In this document: one piece after another, positions 12,700-27,837 of the stretch
Layout of the letters: each line of letters opens with the position of its first letter
How positions within the stretch are numbered: the first letter of the stretch is position 1
Source: the human T2T-CHM13v2.0 reference genome, Homo sapiens
Assembly (NCBI RefSeq): GCF_009914755.1
Contig: NC_060939.1
Length of the DNA stretch: 64,000 bases
Direction: 5' to 3' (one strand)
Position numbers and translations under genes: made by a program
The notes under the pieces: model-generated
What the model was told of the DNA's origin: nothing
What the model saw: only the letters and a program-made list of their open reading frames with translations
The model's database searches: none

Positions 12700-12900
12700 T
12701 CTAACTATTTTTTGAGCACTTTGTATGCATCAGACATCGTGCTAAGCCCATTTCATGTATTTTCTCACTTACAACTCACAACAACCACATGAAGTAGGCA
12801 TTATTATCAGACTTATTTTGTACCCTAGAAAACCGAGCTATGGAGCAGCAAATCACTTGCCTAGAGCTTCGCAGCTGGTAATCAAGAGCTGGAATACACT
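12700..12900 (-). mobile_element. MIR SINE
   Basis: CTCACAACAACCACATGAAGTAGGCATTATTATC...AATCACTTGCC. Confidence 0.75.
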
Positions 12901-13381
12901 GTGAGCTAATACTGGGGACTGGCAGCACTTTGCAGGGAAAGCAACACTGATGTTGTGCTTTGGAGACAGGTGTGCCCAGGAGGCAGGTGGGGGACTCCAC
13001 GTGGAGGGAACAGCCTCCACTAAGGATGGAAGTAAGAATGAGAGGGCAGGCAACGTTCCAGCAAGGCAGGCGACTCCTAAGAGCTGGAGCTTCAGGTAGA
13101 GCGGGGGCAGTGGCAGGAGGAAAAGTCAGGGACCTATGGGCATGGCCATCTCATGGAACACATCATACATCATGGAACGGAGAACACAAAGCTAAGGCAC
13201 AGACTGAAAAGGAACAGCAATCTGAGCTCTGAAGTTGAGGGAGGAAGAGGTAGATTACCACAGGATTAACCTGGAGAAGCTTCTTAGAAGGTACGATGAG
13301 ACTCAGAAAGAACAATCAACTGCCCATTTTAGAGAAAAGAGAAAAACATAACCAAGGATCTCTTTCCAGAGAGAATCAGTT

Positions 13382-13711
<330 letters not shown>

Positions 13712-14494
13712 TTACCACCCATGGGACCACATAAGACCCAGGGAAGGCCCTCCTCATCTCTTGAAAGCCCACTGCAGAAAGTGGGGCAAGGACCTAACAC
13801 TGTGCCCTCTTACTCTGGCGGTGGTTCTCTTCATCTTGTGAACAAATTTCATGTGTGCATCTCACAGTGCAGACTACTATACAAAAATAGAGTCAGGGCT
13901 CCCAAAGGGCATCCTATGCCTGTCTCTTGCACTTAGTGAAGACAGACAGAAAGACCCAGAAGGTAGGAATAATAAAACATCCTGGCATCTGTAGATAATA
14001 GGAAGCAGCATTATCCACAGGGAGCTAATTTACAGTGATGAGAGTGGAGGACAGTTGTCAAGCAGGCTTTGTGCACCTTCAGGCTGGCTCAGCTTAGCCC
14101 CTGACAAGAGCAGTCATGAGTCCCACGCTCCTCCTTCACCCCCACCCCATGGCATTGTGCTCCCTTCTTACCTCCGGGATCTGCATCAAAGTCCATCAAA
14201 GGACAGGTGCAAGCTCAAAGGAAGATTAGTTCAGTGTTTAAAGCTCTGTGTTGCTAATTGAAAATCCCCTGGATATTTTAAGGTTATCCTTAGAGGGAGG
14301 CCTGGAGAATCTCTTGGCACTGAGAAAGAGGGATCCAGCTTCCTGGAGTCTTTCTTAGGTGAGAAAGGAAATGTAAATCTTACCTGCCGGATGCTCTATA
14401 CACAGGTGCACAGCAGATTGGTTTCTTCTTTCCATCCTCACCATTTTACAGAGCCCATTCTCTGGTCTGTTCTGAAGACCTCAAGAGTAAAGAC

Positions 14495-14685
14495 AGGTTT
14501 CCAGAGGAAGAACAAATTCTCAAGACTGTAACATGGAAAGCGTGCCTGAGTTTCTAAAGGCTGCCCTGCAGAATTCAGACTCAAGACTGTTGTAAGATCA
14601 GTATTTACCTGAATTTACAGCATGCTACAGATTTTGTACTTGTCAGACCCCAAAATCATGAGTCCATTCCTTAAAAAAATAAAAT
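14495..14685 (+). mobile_element. MLT2 (ERVL) LTR fragment
   Basis: CTCAAGACTG twice, TGCCTGAGTTTC, CTACAGATTT...CCATTCCTTAAAAAAATAAA. Confidence 0.55.
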
Positions 14686-14744
14686 GTCATTGTTTTCTTG
14701 TCACTGCTGTTATTGCCTTATACAAATCTAGTCAATGACTGAAG

Positions 14745-15120
14745 ATATTCATTCAGTCATTTCAGAATAGATATGTGTATTATGTATGTACACATTATAT
14801 ATGAGACACCTGTGTATATATCATATAAATTATATATATGATATATGCACATTATATACATATCAACATGTAACATTAAGTACCTACTATGTGCCAGGCA
14901 GTGTGTTAGGAGCTAGAAGGTGGAATAGAGTGATAAAATAGACGCATATTATATAAAGATCACACAAATAAAAGTAAAGTTGCATTTGCGATCAGTGCAA
15001 TGAAGGAAGGGTTTGATGTGATAGAGAATGCAACCAGGGGCACCACCTCAGGGGTGGGAGATGGAGGAAAGAGGGGAATCAGGGAGCATCCTTCTAAGTG
15101 AAATCAGGAGGATGAGTCAT
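14745..15120 (-). mobile_element. L2 3' end with embedded AT-rich low-complexity tract
   Basis: ATTCATTCAGTCATT...AAGTACCTACTATGTGCCAGGCAGTGTGTTAGG. Confidence 0.65.
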
Positions 15121-16359
15121 TTCTCTGGTATTAATTACTAGGCAATTGCCAATTAACTACTAGTCAATTGCCACATGATCAGGCTTCCTATCAGCCCAAG
15201 AAAATAGAAGAACAAATTCCCTGAAAAGCCAAAGGGAAGAAAGAGCCAGCATTGTAATGAAGAACTCAGATGAGAGACAGGATCCTAAAGTTGAAGTGGC
15301 TCTTTAAGGTCATCTATTCTATCCCTCCAGCAGCTGCTCCCATCCTTTCTACTTCTGGCAAAGTGACCCAAGGCTGTGTTTGAGCCCAATCCAACTTGGG
15401 CATGTTTCACTCTTGGAAAGCTCTTTCTTAACTGAGCTGAGCTCTGTCTTCCTGTAACATCCATTCCACTCATCTGTCCTGGTGCAAACATTTGGGACTA
15501 TGTCAAGACCGTGTCTCCTTGGCAAACAGTCTCTGGCACGTAGTAAAGACTCAAAAAGAAGGTGTTGAATTAATGAGTGAGGGAAGGAAGCACTAAATCA
15601 ATTCAGAATAAGATCAAAGGAAGGTTTTCTGGATGAAATTCTTAACATACAAATTAAACTAATAAAAGCAATAGGGAAAATTCTCTGAATATTTTTTCAT
15701 CTAAATTGATTTTGGAGTTTACTTGCCTGAAGGCAAGGAGATAAACCAAACCCTTCAAAGTCTTGTCAGCCTCAGAATTCTAGTCCTTTGAATTATAAAA
15801 CCATTTTCTCAAGCACTCACACATTTTTTTCAGCACATCTCATAAGGACAATAATGCTGGACCTACACCAAAGGTCAGTAGAATAAATATTCACAGAATA
15901 GACTCTGAGTGGAGAGATCCAAAGTCAGGAAACCGTTCAATCATTTAACCTGCCCTGTGTCTACTATAAATCAGGTTTCCAAATGAATCCTTCCTCCCTT
16001 GGTTATTTTGCTTGAATAACAAACATTGCTAAGTAGAAATAATATTTATAAGTGAACCATGATTCCGAATTCATATATATATATATATATATAACTCTTT
16101 CCCTCTTTCCACCAACAACTTTGACTAAAAGGGTCATTGCTATAGGTACCGTGAGCTAGCCAGTGGCAAAAGTACTGCATTCTCAGCATAATAAAGGGGG
16201 GAGAAAACAAGAGATGCGAAGAGAGGGACATGCGGTGAGAGAGAGAATTCAAGTGAAAAATTAATTTTTTAAGCACAGTTAGAAGTTAATTGATGACTCT
16301 TGAAGGTAATTAGCATCTCATTTGGAGCACTGAGAAAATGGTTAGATGCCAGAGCTACC

Positions 16360-16460
16360 TGTCTGAGGTCCAGCCAGGGAAACAGAAACCCCACCAGTTA
16401 TATCTAACAGAGAGAATTTGATATAGGGAATTGGTTAAGCAGAAAGTACACAGAATAAAC
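16360..16460 (-). mobile_element. Old ERVL-class LTR fragment (3' end)
   Basis: GGTCCAGCCAGGGAAACAGAAACCCCACCAGTTATATCTAACAGAGAGAATTTGATATAGGGAATTGGTTAA; similar to the LTR end at 37213. Confidence 0.5.
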
Positions 16461-17109
16461 ATGTGAGTTTCTCAGAAGACCAGATGAGGAACCCACAAAT
16501 GCAAGGTTGTCTAGAGTCATCCAAAAATGAATACTGCCCAATAGTACCATTTGGAGGGTCCTCAGGCACCAGGGAAGCCCAGAGGCTGAAGGGAGTCAAA
16601 AGCAGCTGGATTGCAGGGAGAAATCTCAGATGGGAACCACAAAGGGTTAACTCAATCCAGAGGACACCAACCTGAGCCAGTTTCAACCTTTCTAGTCTCA
16701 TTAAACTGTGCCTTGTCACACTCTTGACCTGGAGGTATTGAAGGCAGCAGCCAAGCACTGGGGGCAGATGCAGCAAGGAGAGGTAAGATAAGCCAATCAA
16801 CCAGCCACATCACCCAGCTGCAGGCTGGTGGCAGATATGGAGGAAGATGGGACAGGAAGAAGGTTGAAGTGACATTATTATTAGACTGAGTAAACTTCTC
16901 ATTATCTAAGATGTGCCAGCTCAAGATTCATCCAGGAACAAAACAAATGACAAAATGAACCCAGAAAGGGAGTTGAATTGGGAATACTTATAATTCATAA
17001 AACTGCTCTACAAGTTCCCCCTTCTAAATCAAGCTCATTCAATAATTTAGATACTTAATATTACTCATTCAGTTCAATAGATAAGGCTATAAAAAAAAGC
17101 ACAGTAGAA

Positions 17110-17920
17110 GCTTAGTAACAAGTACCAACATCAGGGCCTATGATGGAGAGTCATAGGGAGTGGCGGGGACAGTGACAAACTGGCAACCAGATAGCTGTGT
17201 TATCTGTAGAGTTTGGCTGCATCTACATAAAATAACGTCATGCTATCTGGGGGCCAGATGCTTACGTGGATTATTTTGGGACCACATGGAAGGCCACAGA
17301 ACACATCCCTACCCTTCCAGAGGACGTAACTTTCACCTAGCTCCAAGGTATTGTTACCACACAGACTTTATGGATCTTGCATTAGTCCATTTTCATACTG
17401 CTATGAAGAAAAACCCAAGACTGGGTAATTCATAAAGAAAAAGAGTTTAATGGACTCACAGTTCCACATGGCTGGGGAGGTCTCACAATCATGGCAGAAG
17501 GCAAAGGAGGAACAAAGTCACGTCTTACGTGGCAGCCAGCTAGAGGGCATGAGCAGGTGGACTGCCCTTTATAAAACCATCAGATCTCATGAGGCTTATT
17601 CACTATCATGAGAACAGCATGGGAAAACCTACCCCCATGGTTCAATTATCTCCCACCGGGTCCCTCCCACAACACATGGGTATTATGGAGCTACAATTCA
17701 AGATGAGACTTGAGTGGGGACACAGCCAAACCACATCAGACCCAATGCTGTGAGGTCTGCTGACTCTTCAAGAAAAGCTGAAATTCCAGGTGATTATGTA
17801 AACTCTCCTGATCCTCCAACATTGCCAACTAATTCTAAATATCTTTAGAACATTGTGTGAGCCTCTAGTTTACGGGCCAAGCAAAACATATCTGCACTGA
17901 AGTGTGGCCCAGGAGTTGTT
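17110..17920 (+). mobile_element. MER102-like hAT-Charlie fossil, split by THE1
   Basis: GGCGGGGACAGTGACAAACTGG ... TTCAAGAAAAGCTGAAATTCCAGG ... GGGCCAAGCAAAACATATCTGC. Confidence 0.6.
17378..17738 (-). mobile_element. THE1 (THE1C-like) solo LTR
   Basis: TG(C)ATTAGTCCATTTTCATACTGCTATGAAG...AAAACCATCAGATCTCATGAG...GGGGACACAGCCAAACCACATCA. Confidence 0.93.
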
Positions 17921-17959
17921 GATGATACGAGTGACCTAAATCTACCTCATGTTTTGGTC

Positions 17960-18140
17960 AAAGCAGAGGCCAAAGCATCCCGGATTCAGGTTCTGGCTCT
18001 GAATTTCTTGATTTCTTGAGCTTCTATATTCTCTTCTGTGAAATGGGGATAGTGAGCCTTATCTTTCATGTTTGCTCTAAAAATTGAATGAGATGATGCC
18101 TGTTGTGTGTCTAGCATGGTGCTTGACATAGGATATTAAC
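17960..18140 (+). mobile_element. MIR SINE
   Basis: CTGTGAAATGGGGATA...AATTGAATGAGATGATG...TCTAGCATGGTGCTTGACATAG. Confidence 0.7.
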
Positions 18141-19358
18141 TCACAAAAGTTATCGCTCAGCCCTTCTCCTCTTGAAGGGACCAGGGCTCTGAAGCTGATA
18201 CACATGATTAAAACTGAAGAAATGCTATAGCACAGGTGTCTTCATGTAAATGCTGCCTACTCCAAGAGCCCCAGCCTGTAAATCAGAGGGCTCTCTGGGA
18301 CCTCAGATTCACCAAGTTCAGATGCAGCAGAAGCCACTTAGGCCCTGTCCTGCCTTTGCCCTCAGCTCCCATGTTCCACCTTCCCAATTTTCCAGCATGT
18401 TGAAGAGCTAGAGGCTGGGCAGCAGGACAATTTGTCCCAAGATGTACACAGAGGTCTAGTATGACCTCACTCTCCCTCAGAGCCAGCCACTTATTTAAGC
18501 TTTTTCAGGACCTCACTCCTGCTTTCTCACAGAAGCTCCCTCTAGTTTTCTATGCCTGAAAGTTCTTGAGGATGACGGGGACTTTTCACAGGAAGGGGCA
18601 CATTAAGGGAGGTGACAGAGTGAATTTAATTCAACTACACTGCAAAATGATCTGCCGGTAGAATTACTTTTCTTCCTTTTAAATTTACCTGATTTGAGTT
18701 TTTAATTATGAAAAGATGGTAGATGAAGTAAATGTTTGTCTCCTTTCTTCCTATGCCCCACTCGTATTATAGCAAAAGAGAGAACTGCGCAGCCCACAAG
18801 GTGAGAGAATGGTGGCAAAGACATCAGTGGGCAAAAGAGTTTGACATATTTTTAGGAAACAGAAGGCAGATGTAGCAGTGGTAACTAATTTGACAAACTG
18901 GAGGAAGCAATAGCCCAAAGAGTCTGCAAAGAGGCATCTTGACAGGAAGAGAGTCCAATTGCACTGCCCCCATCAAAATATCCAGGAAGCTGGAGTCAGA
19001 GGAATGCAGTTGAAGATAGCAGTTAAAAGTAACACACAGAAACGCCTACTGCCACCCTCTCCCCAGCTCCAGTCCCACACAGAAGGCCAGCAGCAGGTGT
19101 GCACCCCCATGCAGGAAAATGGAAGTCCTCATCCCGAAGAAACTGAAAGAGAATGGTGCAGGAGTTAGAGACATCCAACACCTGAACTCAAGATGGGGAC
19201 ATATAATTGAAGGACCAAATATGGAGTGATCATGACTCTTACCTCCAGTCTCACACCCTAGATACCAAATGCCAGCAGCCAAGAATCCATTCCTCCAGGA
19301 GAGAGATTAGAGCATTCACCCGGAGAAGTGGAATAAACCAAAGAAAAGACCACCATAT

Positions 19359-19886
<528 letters not shown>

Positions 19887-20769
19887 TCATTCAATATGAA
19901 AACAGAAAGAAAATAAACAAATGAGAGGAGAAATGAACCCAGAAGAAAGAGATCATGCAGTGAACAGGGAACAAATGAAAGAAGCCTCTTTTACTATTCC
20001 TCTACACGCGCTTTGTTTCACAAAACAAACACACAATGCTATTTTATACAAGAGTGCTCATAGAAATTTAAAAATCTATTTGTCTAATTGCAAAGATAAA
20101 AGAAAAAATTTGTAGATAATTTGTAGATAGTATTGAGAAAATGTCCCAGGAAATAAATAGGACAAAATGACATAAAGTTGAAACGGGTAACAAAACGAAT
20201 AAAAAATATCAAAGGTCATTCTATAGAGTCCAAAATCTAACAAATAGAGAGAACAGAGAATTAAGGAGAGGAAATTTTAAAAACAATACAAGAAAATTTC
20301 CTCAAAACTGAAAAATATGGCTCTCTACAAAGTGCCTACTAAGATGGGAAGACACATGTGCACACACATATACTACATCATCATGAAATTATAGAACTTG
20401 AAAATTAGAGAGAATATCCTAAAACCTTCCAGAGACAAAAAGAAGTCGAAAGCAATAGATCAGAAATCAGAAATACATCAAGTTTCCCAGTACAAGGTCT
20501 TAGAATACAATAGGGTTTACAAAATTCTGAAGGAAAGTAATTTTCAAGTTAGAAGTGTATACCCCGTTGGAATACTCTTCACATGTAAGGAGAGAATGAA
20601 GGCCTTTTTAGGCCTACAGAGACATGGAGCATTTACTTTCAAAGCATTCTTTCTTAGGATACTATTAAAGACATGCCTGGCAGAATTGAAGAGTAAACCA
20701 AAAACTGAGGTAGATGGGATGCAGAAAACAAAATCTAACACAAGAGACCTAGTACCCCGGCTCCCCCTT

Positions 20770-21515
20770 GTATCAGTTCTCCACAGAAAGGCCAGAAGGA
20801 TCCTTTGAAAACATATGTCCTTTCTGCAAAACCCTCCTTTCCTGCCTCATCTCACAAAGAGTGCAGACCAACATCCCTCCAGCGGTCTACAATGTCCTGC
20901 ATGCATGACCTCCTTGCACCTCTGACTCATCTCCTACTGCCCTCTCTTGCACTCGCTCAGCTCCAGCCATGCTGCCTCCTTTTATATTTGAACCTTCCAA
21001 ATGCATCCCTACTTTAATGCCTTTGTACTCTTCAATTTTGCTAGACCACACCTCATGGTAATTTCCTAAGAAACAGTCATTACACTTGAATATTCTGTGT
21101 CCTTGCACATCCCAGAAGGTCTTTATTTTATCCTTATATTTCAGTGGTAGTTTGGCTGGGTGTAAAATTCTAAACTAAAAAGATTTTCCTCAATTCGTTC
21201 TGCCTAGAAACGTTTTTCCCCAGATATCCATGTGATTGTTTTCTTCACTGCCTTTAATCTCTGTTCCAATGCACTTTATCAAGGAGGACTCTACTGTTCA
21301 TCCTATAAATCACAGCGACCCCTTCTCTACTTCCATCACTCCTTATCATCTTTACCCTATTTTTCTCCCTAGCTCTCATTACCAATTGATATGTTACTAT
21401 TCATTCAGTTAGTTTATTTTACGGCACCAACCTCTGGAATGTGAAAACCATGAAGGCAGGGATTTTTGCTTTGTTTACTGCTGTGTCACACCCATAACAA
21501 TCCCTGGTGTGTGGA
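20770..21515 (+). mobile_element. L2 (L2a-like) 3' portion, interrupted at about 21035-21195
   Basis: CTCGCTCAGCTCCAGCCATGCTG...GCCTTTGTACT ... GAATGTGAAAACCATGAAGGCAGGGATTTTTG. Confidence 0.75.
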
Positions 21516-21825
21516 GAAGAGGGAGAAAGAAAGGGAGGGAGGGAGGGGGAAGAGAGGGAGGAAGGGATGGAGAGAGGAAGGGAGGGAGGAATTTGAGTAA
21601 CCAGCAGCATTAGAGAGCAACCATTCATGTTAAAACAGGAAGTTCCAGGAGTCCATGGAAAAAAATAAGAACTCTATAGCATAAATCATTTAATGGAGTA
21701 TTTAGAGAAAATAAGAAGAGATAGTCAATTATTTGAGTAAAAAAAAAAACAAGCAGGAAGAAAACATGGGAGACATTCTAGATGGCCTTGGGTATGATTT
21801 GACTTTTTAGACACAACATCAAAGA

Positions 21826-22120
<295 letters not shown>

Positions 22121-22405
22121 TCAACCAACAGTTTAAGAAAATACAAAAATTCTAAGTAAAATATGAGCAAGTAGAATCCAGCATCATATAAAAAAATACG
22201 ATATGACTAAGTTTTCATATCAGCACTGCAAAGATAACACAATGATTGAATATGCATTAAAATATCTATTATTACTATATTTATAAAAATCTTGATCATC
22301 TTAAATGCTGCAAAGATTTTGATATAATATTAGACATCAATTTTAGAATTTTTAGAATTTTTTAATTAAAAAATTGATGGTTTCTTCTTAAATGTGATCT
22401 CATGT

Positions 22406-22717
22406 TGCTGTGGGTTGAATGTTGGTATCACCCCAAAAAGTCATATGTTGGAACCTAATACCCTAAGTGATAATTTTCAGAGGTGAGGCCCTTGGGAAGT
22501 GAGTAAGTCATGAGGGTTCCACTCTCATGATAGGATTAATTTTCTTATAAAAGAGGCTTGAGAAAACTCCCTTGCTTCTTCTGTCCCAGACATCAAATCT
22601 GTTGACACCTTGATCCTGGACTTCCCAACTTCCAATAACGTGAGCAATAAATTTCTCTTGTTTATAAATAACCTAGTGTAAAGTATTTTGTTATCACAGT
22701 ACAAATGGACTAACACA
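22406..22717 (+). mobile_element. MaLR LTR, MLT1A0-like, internally deleted
   Basis: TGCTGTGGGTTGAATGTT...CACCTTGATCCTGGACTTCCC...AATAAATTTCTC...ATGGACTAACACA. Confidence 0.8.
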
Positions 22718-22869
22718 TACAAAGGTATGCCGTTCACTCTTGAACAACACAGAGATTGAGGACACAAACCCTCCATGCAGTCGAAAATCCACATATAACT
22801 TTTGACTCCCTGATAAGTTAACTACTGATAGCCTACTGTTGACTGGAAGCCTTATAAATAACATAAACC

Positions 22870-23185
<316 letters not shown>

Positions 23186-23210
23186 TTAACACATCTTTTC
23201 TATGTTATAT

Positions 23211-23904
23211 TGTTAGAGTAGGTAGTTAGGCAGACATGAGAAGAGCAAGAAAGGGCCCCCCAGGAATGCCAGGTGACTATCAGATGATGGTTCGGCAGTT
23301 GTTAAACTGCCTTTCTGAAAATGAATAGGAAGACAGTCTCCCAACAGATAGAAAACACCCAAAGCTGGTGATCCATAGCCTCCTGATAAGATCTCAGGAG
23401 TTGGGCGAGCAGGCTCAAGCATGCACAGGAAGAAGCAAAATGGCGGATGTATGCACTTCCTCTAGAGGCATTTGACCCACAAAGGAAAATCACCCCCAGA
23501 GAGCGTGGGCACAACCTCAGTAAATGCACTATGCATGCGGTCACGCTCCCAAGTGCTGACCAGCACTGCACATGTGGCAGTTGAGCAAAAGCCCTCCCCA
23601 AGGGAAGGATTAAAGGAGGAGAAAAGGAAACCCCAGAACCATGCCAATGTATAAAATCCCAGGTCAAGGGCTGAACGGGTCACATGGATTGCTCAAGTTG
23701 CTTGCTTGGCCCCCTTCCAAGTGTACTTTGCTTTCTTTTGCTCCGGCTCTAAAACTTTTTAATAAAGTCTCGCTCTTGCTCTAAAATTTGCCTCAGTCTC
23801 TCCCTCTACCTTAAACCCATTTCTGCCTCTTGGCTGATTTACTTTCTCTGAGGAGGCAAGGATTGAGTTTGCTGCCAACCCATATGAATTTGCTGCTGGT
23901 AACA
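23211..23904 (+). mobile_element. MER50 solo ERV1 LTR
   Basis: TGTTAGAGTAGGTAGTTAGGCAGACATGAG...GCTGGTAACA; perfect 4-bp TSD ATAT; TATAAAA and AATAAA present. Confidence 0.88.
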
Positions 23905-24397
23905 ATATGCATTATATACTGCATTCTTGCAATAAAGTAAGCCAGAGAAAAGAAAATGTTATTAAGAAAATCAGAAGAAACTGTATTTATGTACTATTAA
24001 GTGGAAGAGGATCATCATAAAGGCCTTTATCCTTACCATCTTCATGTTGAATAGGCTGAGGAGAAGGAGGAAGAGGAGAATTTGATCTTGCTGCCTCAGG
24101 AGTGGCAGAGGCAGAAGAGGTGGAAGAGTTGGAAGGGGAAGTAGGAGAGACAAGCATACTTAGTGTAACTTTTATTGAAAATATCCGTCCATGAAATATT
24201 TTTGAACTTTATTGAAAAATATAAGTGGCCCATGCTGTTCAAATGCATGCTGGTCAAGGGTCAACAGATACACAGGTAAATAGATACATCTATGTAGCTA
24301 TCTAGATATATACATGCACAACATACAAACATATACGCCTCATGGTAAATACTAGAGGCCTTCCTACTAGTGTCAGGAATAAAACAAGGATGTTCCC

Positions 24398-24865
24398 TGT
24401 GCTGGTTATCACCCCCTTTGTGTCTCTAAGTCCACGGTTTGCTTCTCCATCTGCTCTTGCCCAAGAAGCAAGCTCACCTGTGTCACCAACAGGATGCTTT
24501 ATCTCAGGCTGCTCATTGGGTTCAACCAATGGAGAGTACTGGCAGATCAGAGGGAGGGAGAGAGCAGGGCTAGGTATCATTTTCCTGTTTTCTCACTGTC
24601 ATTGCAGGTTGGCTGTGACCCTCAACTAAAAGCCGTTGCTCCTGTCTGACGGCCCCCTCCACACAGCTCTCTCTGGCTCCAAGCTCCAAAGCTTCTCCCT
24701 CCCTTTACCCATCAGGCTTAGAGGAAGTAAGGGTTTCCCACGGTCGCTACAGAGTCCTGCAACATGATGCCTCCCCACACCTTGCTCGCTTTGGAAACAG
24801 CCTATTCGTTAAATTTTTCTCAAATCACCCAATTTAGAAATCAAATCACCCACTTGTTCCAATAT
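24398..24865 (+). mobile_element. LTR33 (ERVL) solo LTR
   Basis: TTGGGTTCAACCAATGG...GATCAGAGGGAGGGAG...GGCCCCCTCCACACAGCTCTCTCTG...CTCAAATCACCCAATTT. Confidence 0.75.
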
Positions 24866-25164
24866 CAGAACTTTTACTTCCTCTCCACTATAATTTAACT
24901 ATCTTATGCAATTAGAAATAAGGAAGAAATTAAAGTACATAAATGATAAAGAATAGAGTAAAAGTATCATTATAGTCAGGCAACATTACTGCATATCTGA
25001 AGAAACTAGAAAAAAATCAACTAAAAACATTATTATAAACAATATAAAAATTAAATGTATGATTACAAAATTAACTTACAAGATTATTAGAATATATACA
25101 AGTTAGGAAATACAATGGAAGAAGAGAACAGAGAAGATTGAATATATGAGAATAAAAATATTAA

Positions 25165-25576
<412 letters not shown>

Positions 25577-26026
25577 AGGAAGACTCAGTATTTAAAGGAT
25601 GTCATTTTTTTCTACATTAATACATAAACTTAATGTGGTCTCAACGAAATATCAATTAAAAATATAGAACACAATCTGATTCTAAAGTTCATATGGAAAT
25701 GCGCAGAAAGAAAAAATTTTGAAACAAAAAGTTAAGGAGATATTTGTCCTACCAAACATTAAAGTATTTAATAAAACTAAAGTGAAAATATTGTGGTAAT
25801 GGCACATGAATAATTAGATCAATGCAACAAGATAGAAGGCACAGAAATAGACCAAAATTGCTATTAAAATCTAAAATACTATTAAAATGGCATTGAATGT
25901 CACTAGGGGAAATTCAGTAAATCAGTGGTGTTGGCAACTGAGTAGGTATTTAGAGAAAAAATTGTTAGGTCTCTATCTCAATCCTTAGAACAAATGAAAT
26001 TAATTCCAAATAGGTGAAAAATTTTT

Positions 26027-26331
<305 letters not shown>

Positions 26332-26422
26332 TTAACATAAAAATGAAACCAAAATTATGCCAGAAGAAACACGGAGACTTGTCTTTTTTTAAATTCTTTA
26401 AGTGAGGCAGGCCAGGAGCCAC

Positions 26423-26790
26423 TGTGCTATCTCAGTTAGAAATTGCATTCTAGGTATATAGAGACTTCATAACAACAAGATAGGCCATTGCTGCAGAAGG
26501 TTCATGATATCAGAGGTGTCAAATGTAAGGCCTCTGAAATTCTTCTGATACTTCATTCACGAACCAAGGATGGCTGCTGGAGCTCCAGTCACCTTGTCAC
26601 CTTTTCTGCTTCCAAGACAACTGGAAACAGAAAGGCAAAACGGACTTTCACAGAAGGCCCACTTGGTAAATTCCCCCTTTCTTCTCATCCATCAGCCTTA
26701 ATCTGCAAAGAAGCTAGAACATTAACCAGGGTTCTTAATAAGGAAAGAGAGTAAAATAAATTTTGGTAGATAATTGGAAGCCTATGCCCA
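26423..26790 (-). mobile_element. MaLR LTR, MLT1J/K-like
   Basis: AAGGATGGCTGCTGGAGCTCCAG...CTGCAAAGAAGCTAG...CAGGGTTCTTAATAAGGAAAG. Confidence 0.55.
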
Positions 26791-26799
26791 AATTACATT

Positions 26800-27210
26800 T
26801 TTAAACTATTTAAAAAAAAAAAACTAACTAATTTTAGGCTTACAGAAAAAGTACAAAACAAGAGCAGAGAGTTTTTACATGCCCCCACTCCCATCATCAG
26901 CTTCCATTAATGCTGACGTCTTACATAATCATAGTACAATTATCAGAACCAGGAAATTTGTACTGGCATAATGCTAAAGACCTTATTCAAATTTCACCAA
27001 CTTTTCTGCCAATGTCCTTTCTTCAGTTCCAGGATCCTATCCAGGAACCCATGTTGCATTTAGTTATTTCTCCTTCAGCTCCTGTATCTGTAACAATTCC
27101 TCAATCTTTCATGACCTTGGCACTTTTGAAAGTATTGACAAGTTATTTTGTCAAATGTTCCTCCATTTGAATTTATCTGATGTCATCTCATAATTAGACT
27201 AAGGCTTATA
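26800..27210 (-). mobile_element. L1MC-like 3' UTR fragment
   Basis: GACCTTATTCAAATTTCACCAA...CCAGGATCCTATCCAGGA...GTTGCATTTAGTT. Confidence 0.75.
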
Positions 27211-27569
27211 CAATTGCAAAATTTGATTAGATAAAAAAATGAAAATTTCTACATGAAAGAAACACTATAAACAAAGTCAAAAGATAAACCCCAAACTGAA
27301 TAAAATAATCTGCAAGTCATATTCCAACAAAAAGCCAATTTCCCTAATACATGAATAGTTTCTACAATAAATAGGATATGCAATTCATAGAAAAATTGGC
27401 AAAATATGACTAATAAAAAGTTCAGATAAAAGGAGATATATTGACTCTTAAATATACAAAAAATATACTAAAACTCATTCATAGTAAAAGAACTACAAAA
27501 TAAAACTATAATCACATCTCACTGTAGTATTTTATCAGATTGGCAAACAGTAAGTCAAGTCACTTACCA

Positions 27570-27680
27570 GGAAGGAAGGAAGGAAGGAGAGAGAGAGGAA
27601 GGGAGGGAGGGAGGGAGAAAGAAAGAAAGAGAGAGGAGGCAAGGAGGGAGGGAACGAAGGAAGGAAAGGGAGAGAGAGAG
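27570..27680. repeat. GA-rich low complexity
   Basis: Directly visible GGAA/GGGA/GAAA tract. Confidence 0.9.
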
Positions 27681-27837
27681 TTCATCAACCTGGCTCTCCT
27701 TTCTCAAGTTACCAAGTCCCCTCCATAGTCATAGTGTTCTGGCCTCTTACTGGTTGTGTGCAGAGGGTACACAGGTCGGGTTGTTGGGGTCCTTCCAGCA
27801 TTTGCTGGGGCCAGTGACGTGATTGGGCCTTACCCCT

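Noticed and set aside
20398-20808. L1 ORF1-like 136-aa ORF as a domesticated L1TD1-like gene
   Set aside because: Short open stretch in a decayed HAL1/L1 with stops upstream; ends in L2 sequence
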